From contig CBDFFZ010000018.1 in assembly GCA_965246905.1 (NCBI GenBank), positions 23,936 through 87,935 of the forward strand: a DNA stretch of 64,000 bases. The letters run 5' to 3'. The stretch's first letter is position 1, and the number at the start of each line of letters is the position of its first letter. A model generated the notes under the pieces. It was given only the letters and a program-made list of their open reading frames with translations, was not told the DNA's origin and made no database searches. This document shows, in pieces, positions 56,935-64,000 of the stretch. The stretch comes from Chitinophagaceae bacterium. GTDB taxonomy: Bacteria > Bacteroidota > Bacteroidia > Chitinophagales > Chitinophagaceae. The translations under genes were made by a program, and so were the position numbers.

Positions 56935-58560
56935 ATGGCCGTCAACATAAAGAAAGAATTTGGAAATGCCCGTAGCCGCAAGCCCGATGTGTCCTCGCTC
57001 ATCTATGGCAAGATCCCGCCGCAGGCTTTAGAACTGGAGGAAGCCGTGCTGGGCGCTGTAATGCTGGAGCGGGAAAAGCTGGCAGAAGTTTTAGAGATCA
57101 TCCAGACGGAGGATGCATTTTATGCGGATGCCAACCAGAAAACCTATGCTGCTATCCGCCGCCTGTTCGACCGTGGATTGCCTGTGGATCTGCTCACAGT
57201 AACAGAAGAATTGCGCAAGGCTAATGAACTGGAAATTGTTGGTGGAGCCTACTACCTCACGCGCCTGACTATGAGCGTGGTATCGAGCGCGCACGTAGAG
57301 GCACATGCACGGATCGTGATGGAAAAATTTATTCAGCGCGAGCTGATACGTATTTCCGGTAATATCATTGGCAAAGCCTACGAGGACAGCAGCGATGTTT
57401 TTGATCTCCTGGATGAAGCGGAAAGCAGCCTTTATGAAATTACGGATAAGCACCTGCGCAACAACTTCAAAAGCCTCACAGATGTACTTGCTGAAACACT
57501 AATCGAAATTGAAGAAGCAAAAAATAAAATTGATGATGTAACCGGCGTGCCTACCGGCTACAAACAGTTGGATACACTTACCGCCGGCTGGCAGAAGAAT
57601 GCCTTGATCATCGTAGCTGCGCGCCCTGCGGTTGGTAAAACGGCCTTCTGCCTGAATCTCGCCATGAATGCTGCGATGAATTCGTCCAAGCCTTTTCCGG
57701 TAGCTTTCTTCTCGCTGGAAATGGGTGCCGGCGAGCTCGTGAAAAGAATGCTTTCCTGTGTAACAGAAGTAAGCATGGATGCGATTACCAAAGGACGGAT
57801 GCAGGAGCATGAGTTTGTGCAGATGACGCAACGCATGAACAAGCTGGCCAAAGCACCGATCTTCCTCGACGATCAGGCCGCGCTGAATATATTCGAGCTG
57901 CGCGCTAAAGCCCGTAGGCTCAAGCAAAAGCACGACATTCAAATGATCGTGATCGATTATCTGCAGTTGATGAGTGCTGGCATTAATAATGGAGGCAACC
58001 GCGAGCAGGAAATCTCAAAAATCTCGCGCGATCTGAAAGCGCTTGCAAAAGAGCTGCATATCCCGATCATTGCGCTCTCGCAGTTGAACCGGGGAGTAGA
58101 AAGCCGCAAGGAAAGCAAAGTGCCGCAGCTATCGGACCTTCGGGAATCGGGCGCCATTGAGCAGGATGCCGATATGGTGATGTTCCTTTACCGCCCGGAA
58201 TATTATGGGATTAATAATGATGAGATGGGCCAGACGATTGAAGGCGAAACCCATATCCATATTGCCAAAAACCGGAGCGGCAGCACGGATACTATAAAGG
58301 TGCGCTTTATCAAAGAATATCAGAAATTCGTGGATTTGGAGGATTCTTTCGGCGCGGCATTTGGTGGCGCGCAGTCTTTTGGAGATAATCCGCAGGCCGG
58401 CATACGCCGCGATCCAAGCGAGTTTGGCGGCTCAAAGATGTTTATTCCCGGCGGTTTCCAAACCATGTCTTCTAAAGCGAATGATGTGCCGTGGGAAGAA
58501 GATGAGGGTGGAAGCGTACCGCCGCATAAGATGACGGATGATGGAGATGCGCCATTTTAA
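56935..58560 (+). CDS. dnaB: replicative DNA helicase DnaB
   Basis: N-terminal PPQALELEEAVLGAVM, Walker A ARPAVGKTAF, IDYLQLM, and SQLNRGVE. Has a Gly-rich C-terminal extension of about 70 aa. No intein. Confidence 0.95.
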   Translation: MAVNIKKEFGNARSRKPDVSSLIYGKIPPQALELEEAVLGAVMLEREKLAEVLEIIQTEDAFYADANQKTYAAIRRLFDRGLPVDLLTVTEELRKANELEIVGGAYYLTRLTMSVVSSAHVEAHARIVMEKFIQRELIRISGNIIGKAYEDSSDVFDLLDEAESSLYEITDKHLRNNFKSLTDVLAETLIEIEEAKNKIDDVTGVPTGYKQLDTLTAGWQKNALIIVAARPAVGKTAFCLNLAMNAAMNSSKPFPVAFFSLEMGAGELVKRMLSCVTEVSMDAITKGRMQEHEFVQMTQRMNKLAKAPIFLDDQAALNIFELRAKARRLKQKHDIQMIVIDYLQLMSAGINNGGNREQEISKISRDLKALAKELHIPIIALSQLNRGVESRKESKVPQLSDLRESGAIEQDADMVMFLYRPEYYGINNDEMGQTIEGETHIHIAKNRSGSTDTIKVRFIKEYQKFVDLEDSFGAAFGGAQSFGDNPQAGIRRDPSEFGGSKMFIPGGFQTMSSKANDVPWEEDEGGSVPPHKMTDDGDAPF

Positions 58561-58756
58561 TGATGAATTTACAATTCATAGTAAAAGCCAAATGGAAAAG
58601 AGCAGATGAATGGAGCGTCGCAACGGATGTCCAATTCTTATTACCGAGTTGGTCAAACAATGGCTCCTTACTGTTAATCCCTGCCGCTCATGCCACATCC
58701 ATATCCTAAAGAATTTTTAAAACCTTAATTTTGCGGCCTTACAAGCTGCCGCAACC

Positions 58757-59887
58757 ATGCAACGTATTTACCTCGATAATGCCGCTACTACCGCTCTTGA
58801 TCCCCAGGTGCTGGAAGCTATGATGCCTTACCTTACTGAGAAATTTGGTAATCCATCGTCTGTATATTCTTATGGTAGAGAAAGTAAAATGGCTATTGAG
58901 GCCGCGCGTAAATCAGTTGCTAAAATCCTGAATTGCACTCCCGGCGAAATTTATTTTACTTCCGGCGGTACTGAAAGTTCTAATACGGCCATCCATGCGG
59001 CAGTGAATGATCTTGGCTGCACACGCATTATAACTTCTCAGGTCGAGCACCACGCAACCCTGCACACCGTAGAGCATCTTGCAAAAAAAGGCTTTGAGCT
59101 GGAATTTGTAAGGCTCCTGCCGGATGGCCATATAGATATGGAGCACCTGGATGCCTTGCTTTCCGGAAGCGATAAGAAAACGCTGGTTACGCTCATGCAT
59201 GCCAATAATGAGATCGGCAACCTGATGGATATTAATGCGGTGGGAGAGCTTTGCCGGAAATACAGCGCCATTTTTCATAGTGATACAGTACAAACGGTAG
59301 GCCATTATCCCTTTGATCTGAAGAATACGTATGTTCATTTCATCAATGGCGCCGGCCATAAGTTTCATGGGCCTAAAGGTGTGGGTATTCTTTATGTAAA
59401 CGGAGATATCAAGATCAATCCAATGATCAACGGCGGCTCGCAGGAGCGCAATATGAGGGCGGGTACCGAGAACCTGTATGGCATTGTAGGCTTCGCCAAA
59501 GCGCTCGAAATTGCTACTGAGCGATTCAATAATGACAGCAATTACCTCAATGAATTGAAAGGCTATATGTGCGGTGAGCTGAATGCTGCCTTCCCTGGCA
59601 TTAAGTGTAACGGTGATACTACCGGAGACAGCCTATATACGGTGCTCAATGTCAGCTTTCCTAAAAGTGATAAGAGCGAGATGCTGCTTTTTAACCTGGA
59701 TATGGCGGGCATCTGCGTAAGCGGCGGCTCTGCGTGTACCAGCGGTGCATCCTCTGTAAGCCATGTGATCAAAGCGCTTTACAACGGCCAGTCCGAGACG
59801 ATGGTGCCCATCCGGTTTTCCTTTTGCAGGCATAATACAAAGGCAGAGATTGATTCGGTGGTTGAGAAGTTGAAGGAGTTGATCTGA
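58757..59887 (+). CDS. cysteine desulfurase (NifS/IscS family)
   Basis: PLP-lysine context (GHKFHGPKG) and the active-site loop SGGSACTSG. Confidence 0.9.
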   Translation: MQRIYLDNAATTALDPQVLEAMMPYLTEKFGNPSSVYSYGRESKMAIEAARKSVAKILNCTPGEIYFTSGGTESSNTAIHAAVNDLGCTRIITSQVEHHATLHTVEHLAKKGFELEFVRLLPDGHIDMEHLDALLSGSDKKTLVTLMHANNEIGNLMDINAVGELCRKYSAIFHSDTVQTVGHYPFDLKNTYVHFINGAGHKFHGPKGVGILYVNGDIKINPMINGGSQERNMRAGTENLYGIVGFAKALEIATERFNNDSNYLNELKGYMCGELNAAFPGIKCNGDTTGDSLYTVLNVSFPKSDKSEMLLFNLDMAGICVSGGSACTSGASSVSHVIKALYNGQSETMVPIRFSFCRHNTKAEIDSVVEKLKELI

Positions 59888-59938
59888 ATATTAATTGCAC
59901 CCCGTCCCTCCTGGCCGGTTTTTTATTGCGCTTAAATT

Positions 59939-60289
59939 ATGCGCACTATCCTCTGCCTCATTGCCTCCAATTGCTTTATGACTTATGCCTGGTACGGTGG
60001 CCTTCTGAAAAAGAACATCGTTGCTATTCCGCTCTGGCAGCTTATACTCATAAGCTGGGCCATCGCTTTTTTTGAATATTGCTTTATGGTGCCTGCCAAC
60101 AATCGTTTTGGCCTCATGGAGGGTTTTTCCCCGTTCCAGCTAAAGACGATTCAGGAAGTGATCTCCCTCATTACCTTTTCAGTTTTTGCAATTGCCTTTT
60201 TGCACCAGCCATTAAGGTGGAATTATCTGGTAGCATTTGCGCTCATTATCGGTGCCGTCATCTTCATGTTTCTACCACAAAAATCTTAG
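59939..60289 (+). CDS. small DMT-superfamily membrane protein (DUF486-like)
   Basis: 116 aa with 4 TM helices and an N-terminal ...FMTYAWYGGLLK motif. Confidence 0.65.
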   Translation: MRTILCLIASNCFMTYAWYGGLLKKNIVAIPLWQLILISWAIAFFEYCFMVPANNRFGLMEGFSPFQLKTIQEVISLITFSVFAIAFLHQPLRWNYLVAFALIIGAVIFMFLPQKS

Positions 60290-61635
60290 GCTTCGTCCTT
60301 CTTTTCTTCGGGCGCTTCCAGCTTGATAGTTTTTAGCAAGGGGGCGGCGAAGTAGGTAACGATCACCACAGCAAAGGTCATGCAGCCACCGGCAATTACG
60401 GCCGGCACCGTACCGAGCCATTTCGCAGAAAACCCGCTTTCTACTTCTCCTAATTCATTTGAGGAAGAGATAAACATGGTGTTCACCGCAGCTACGCGGC
60501 CCCGCATAGCATCGGGGGTATAAAGCTGTAGTAATGTGCCGCGTATCACTACACTCACGGCATCGAATATACCGCTGAATAGCAAAGCCATAAAAGCAAT
60601 AAAAAATCCCGGTGCCAGCAGCAGGCTTAAACCGCCTATGGGCGATGTTACCGCCGGGAAAAAATCAGCAATTTCTTTTGATAACCCGAAGATGATGATG
60701 CAGGCTCCAAAGCCTCCAATAGATAGCATGAGCTTGATGCCCGGCTTTTTTTTCAATGGCATCCAGGCGAGTATGAAGTACATAATAATGGAGCCGATGC
60801 CCGGTGCTGCCCGCAGCCACCCAAAGCCGATCTCGCCGACTTTTAAAATGTCCCGTGCATAAACAGGCAGCAGGGCTACGGCGCCGCCAAATAGCACGGC
60901 AAACATATCCAACGCCAGCACCGCAAGGATAATCTGCGTATTAAATACAAAGCTCATTCCCTGCCGCAGGCTTTCCCATATCGGCTCTTTCACCTTCTTT
61001 AGTATTTCCTGTCGCGGTATCCTGCTGGTGGCTGCAAAAGCTATAATGATCAGTGCCAGTGCCACACTAAGGCTTGCGCCAATGCTAAAATACGCTATAA
61101 GCAATCCGCCTAATAAAGGGCCAAGCACTGCCCCAAGCTGCCAGGAAGTACTGCTCCAGGTAGATCCATTAGCGTAGAGTTTTCGTGGAATAAGCATACC
61201 CATCAGCGCAAAAGAAGATGGGCTCACGAATGCTCTCAGTGCGCCACCGGCAAATATCCCCACATAGATAAGCCGCACAAACAGCGCTTTATCCTGCGTT
61301 AAGTGCAAAGAAGGCAGCGCCACGAAAATGAAATAAACAGACAGTATGATATAGCCTAAAAGGCAACTCAGGATCAGGTTTCGCTTCTCTCGCTGATCCA
61401 CAAAATGCCCTGAGAACAGCGAGCATCCTATGGCGGGTATCGCCTCAAACAGGCCTAGTAAACCAACAGTCGCAACATCGCTGGTAACCGTGTAAACCCA
61501 ATACACGATGATGGTCGTCTGCATATTCAGCGCCATTATGAGGCTTAAGCGCGTGAGCAGGTAATTGCGAAAATTTTTATACCGCAGCGCTTTATTGCGC
61601 AGGATAAACCGGATAGAATAAGGAACGGATGACAT
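60286..61635 (-). CDS. MFS transporter
   Basis: About 12 TM segments. Start set at the internal ATG (MSSVPYSIRF...). Confidence 0.8.
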   Translation of the reverse strand: MSSVPYSIRFILRNKALRYKNFRNYLLTRLSLIMALNMQTTIIVYWVYTVTSDVATVGLLGLFEAIPAIGCSLFSGHFVDQREKRNLILSCLLGYIILSVYFIFVALPSLHLTQDKALFVRLIYVGIFAGGALRAFVSPSSFALMGMLIPRKLYANGSTWSSTSWQLGAVLGPLLGGLLIAYFSIGASLSVALALIIIAFAATSRIPRQEILKKVKEPIWESLRQGMSFVFNTQIILAVLALDMFAVLFGGAVALLPVYARDILKVGEIGFGWLRAAPGIGSIIMYFILAWMPLKKKPGIKLMLSIGGFGACIIIFGLSKEIADFFPAVTSPIGGLSLLLAPGFFIAFMALLFSGIFDAVSVVIRGTLLQLYTPDAMRGRVAAVNTMFISSSNELGEVESGFSAKWLGTVPAVIAGGCMTFAVVIVTYFAAPLLKTIKLEAPEEKKDEA

Positions 61636-61722
61636 AGCGATGCCTGCAAAAATAAGCTTTGCCGCGCCTGCCGTCATGTCTGTTTTTTCGTGCTGCGCGC
61701 GCTACCTTTATCCTTCCGAAAA

Positions 61723-62982
61723 ATGGCACTGTCCACCCAGATTTTTTCCACATCCTTTGTACAGGCGCTCCTTGAGCTGCGTGCCAATAAGCTGCGTACG
61801 TTTCTTTCGCTCCTGGGTATTACTATTGGCATCTTCAGCATCATTACAGTGTGGACTATCTTAGATAGCTTAGAGCAGAATATCCGCAAAAGTGTGTCGA
61901 GCCTCGGCTCAGATGTACTTTACCTGAATCGTAACCCCTGGATGGGCGAGAATGGTGAATATAAATGGTGGGAATACCTGCAGCGCCGGCCTATGACGCT
62001 TACTGAGCTGCGCTCCATCGAGCAGAATGTTAGTGGTGTGCGCTATGCCTCCATCTGCTATGTAAAGCGTAATCTTACCCTTAAAGTTGCTACTGCTGAA
62101 ATAACGGGCATCTCAATGGATGCTGTAAGCAATAATTTTGATAAGATACAGAATGTCGAGATCCTGGATGGCCGCTATTTAACAGTTTCAGAGTTGGAGG
62201 GCGGCAGCAATAGCATTGTGATTGGCAGCGAAATTGTGGAAGGTTTGTTTGGCACACGAGCTGCTGTAGGTAAGGATATCCAGATCTTTGGCCGAAGCTT
62301 CCGGGTAGTAGGGGTTATGAAAAAAAGCGGTCAGAATATGGCAGGCTTTAATTTCGATAATACGTTCATTGTCTCCTATAATACAGCAAATGCGCTTTTC
62401 GATACCCATGCCCTTACCTGGGGCAATGACCCGATTATCCTTATAAAAGCCGCCGAAGGCGTCAATGTAGATGATGTAAAAGATGAGCTTACCGGTAACC
62501 TCAGAACACTGCGCCACGTGCGGCCCGGGGGAAAGAATAATTTTGCAATCAATCAGCTGAGCCAGGTTACTGAGACACTTACCACTTTATTTTCTGCCAT
62601 TGGCAAGGTAGGTGGGGTCATTGGCATTTTTTCGCTCATTGTAGGCGCTTTTGGCATTGCCAATATTATGTTTGTAACCATTAAGGAGCGCACTAAAATC
62701 ATTGGCCTTAAAAAAGCAATAGGCGCACGCCGCTCCGTTATTCTCACTGAGTTTTTAATTGAAGCCGTTACCCTTTGCCTTATCGGCGGCCTCATTGGTA
62801 TCTTGCTGGTTATTATTTTGAGCCTTGCGCTTACTTATGGTGCCGACTTTGAAGTAACCCTATCTCTCAAGAATTTTTTCCTTGGCGTTATTGTTTCTGC
62901 CGCTGTAGGCGTACTCGCAGGCTTCATACCCGCGTTGCGCGCATCCCGCCTTAATCCCGTTGTGGCAATACGCTCTACCTGA
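61723..62982 (+). CDS. ABC transporter permease (MacB/FtsX-like)
   Basis: N-terminal TM helix, a large periplasmic MacB_PCD-like domain, and a C-terminal FtsX 3-TM module (…KKAIGARRS…). Start at the internal ATG. Confidence 0.85.
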   Translation: MALSTQIFSTSFVQALLELRANKLRTFLSLLGITIGIFSIITVWTILDSLEQNIRKSVSSLGSDVLYLNRNPWMGENGEYKWWEYLQRRPMTLTELRSIEQNVSGVRYASICYVKRNLTLKVATAEITGISMDAVSNNFDKIQNVEILDGRYLTVSELEGGSNSIVIGSEIVEGLFGTRAAVGKDIQIFGRSFRVVGVMKKSGQNMAGFNFDNTFIVSYNTANALFDTHALTWGNDPIILIKAAEGVNVDDVKDELTGNLRTLRHVRPGGKNNFAINQLSQVTETLTTLFSAIGKVGGVIGIFSLIVGAFGIANIMFVTIKERTKIIGLKKAIGARRSVILTEFLIEAVTLCLIGGLIGILLVIILSLALTYGADFEVTLSLKNFFLGVIVSAAVGVLAGFIPALRASRLNPVVAIRST

Positions 62983-62996
62983 TTAATTTTATTTCC

Positions 62997-63497
62997 ATGA
63001 AGCCTGACCGAATTCTTATCCTCGACCGCAAGCGTATAAGCTGGAAATTGCAGCGTATGGCTTACCAGATATGGGAGCATAACAGCAGCGAGCAGGAGAT
63101 TACGCTCATTGGCATTGAGCAGGCGGGTGCAGCATTAGCGCGTGCTCTTGGTGACCGCCTTCGGCAAATAAGCCCTTTAAATGTATTTGTGCATTCGCTG
63201 AAGGTGAATAAAAGGGATCCGTTGGCAGCACCAATCAATATCGAAGTTGATCTGAACGGGAAAAGCATTGTGCTCATAGATGATGTAGCTAATTCTGGCA
63301 AGACCTTGCTATACGCGCTTCGTCCGATACTGGATTTTAAGCCATCTTGTATCTTGATCGCCGTGCTGGTGGACCGGGAGCATAAAGCCTTTCCGGTTAC
63401 GCCGGATATTATTGGTCATTCCATTGCTACTACTTTACAAGAGAACATTGTCGTTGAGCTTGAAGGCGATACAATTACTGCCGCTTACCTCGAGTAA
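62997..63497 (+). CDS. phosphoribosyltransferase family protein (PyrR-like)
   Basis: 166 aa with the PRPP loop VLIDDVANSGKTL. The N-terminal layout resembles PyrR. Confidence 0.7.
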   Translation: MKPDRILILDRKRISWKLQRMAYQIWEHNSSEQEITLIGIEQAGAALARALGDRLRQISPLNVFVHSLKVNKRDPLAAPINIEVDLNGKSIVLIDDVANSGKTLLYALRPILDFKPSCILIAVLVDREHKAFPVTPDIIGHSIATTLQENIVVELEGDTITAAYLE

Positions 63498-63581
63498 ACG
63501 GTTAAGGCTAAGAACAAACAATCACCTTATTAGCAGCACAGTCAAAGAAAAGATTGCTTGCCCGGCTACGTGCATTGGGTT

Positions 63582-64000
63582 TTACTTGATCTTAAGCCGG
63601 GCATCAAACAGGAATGGCTCTGTACGTAGAATTTTTACCCGCATAAAATCTTCGTGCGCAGTATTGATCACAAAATTATTTTCTGAAGGAATGACCGCTG
63701 ATGGGATTTGCAGCAATAATGATGACCGTGCATCGTACCATTCATTTCCTTTTTTTCGCGTAAAGCTTTGCTGCGCCAGATCTTTCCAGTTACCCGGTAG
63801 CAAATCTGCTTCTATAATTGTACGTTCTGTCTGATCAGGCATTTCGATAATTACGAGGCGGTATTGCTGGGTATAGAGTAGCATACCGCTGGTATGTACC
63901 ACATTTTCAAGACAAGCAAGTGCAGCGCTTGATGCCGCATAGATCACAAACCTGCCGTTGCTGTTCCAGCGGTTTTCAATGCCGGATGCAACTAACTTAT
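63582..64000 (-). CDS. RES-domain toxin (RES-Xre TA family), 5' end outside the window
   Basis: ...NRWNSNGRFVIYAASSAALACLENVVH... and ...WYDARSSLLLQIPSAVIPSENNFVIN... match the RES domain. The reading frame continues past 63947 to the window edge. Confidence 0.8.
   Translation of the reverse strand, partial: KLVASGIENRWNSNGRFVIYAASSAALACLENVVHTSGMLLYTQQYRLVIIEMPDQTERTIIEADLLPGNWKDLAQQSFTRKKGNEWYDARSSLLLQIPSAVIPSENNFVINTAHEDFMRVKILRTEPFLFDARLKIK

Noticed and set aside
58728-58752. Hairpin TTGCGGC-9 nt-GCCGCAA immediately before the cysteine desulfurase ATG, and the palindrome ATGAATT-TAC-AATTCAT after the dnaB stop.
   Set aside because: Both are short 7-bp stems of a kind expected by chance in 64 kb. 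There is no T-run or repetition to suggest a function.

Overview
This window looks like a chromosomal segment of a Bacteroidota genome. The evidence is a PorP/SprF gene, T9SS C-terminal sorting domains, a GldA-like ABC ATPase, TAnnTTTG-type promoter boxes and weak or absent Shine-Dalgarno sites. A Chitinophagales/Sphingobacteriia-like origin is only an inference. Most of the window is housekeeping: rpsT, tatA, rluD, recA, glmM, rpoB, rpoC, upp, a 2-oxoacid dehydrogenase E2, tdk, thiL, pheT, dnaB and a cysteine desulfurase. Between these sit envelope and polysaccharide genes (FkbM methyltransferase, glycosyltransferase, WecA-like, WecB, heparinase II/III-like, O-antigen ligase). There is also a conserved but uncharacterised MoxR-centred operon (RDD / SpoIIM-like / DUF4129 / DUF4350 / MoxR), a detached DUF58 gene, a TolC-family protein, two decayed IS3-family insertion sequences, a frameshifted T9SS cargo pseudogene and a partial RES toxin gene at the right edge. 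I found no tRNA or rRNA genes, no CRISPR array and no complete recognisable defence system. The observations most worth a second look are: (1) an AT-rich four-helix-bundle (23S-IVS-protein / Avd-like) ORF wedged between rpoB and rpoC and bracketed by imperfect inverted repeats; (2) a strictly phase-locked 21-bp tandem array of about 15-17 units at 37.2-37.6 kb whose coding status is ambiguous; (3) an IS3 element whose two ends abut two different 5'-truncated genes, which looks like a recombination scar; (4) a dispersed intergenic module made of a conserved ~33-nt box plus short-period oligo arrays (GGAAT/ATTCC, AATCA); (5) a 20-bp perfect inverted repeat with nested hairpins; (6) a candidate small RNA upstream of recA. 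All family assignments come from motif recognition by eye. No database search was run.
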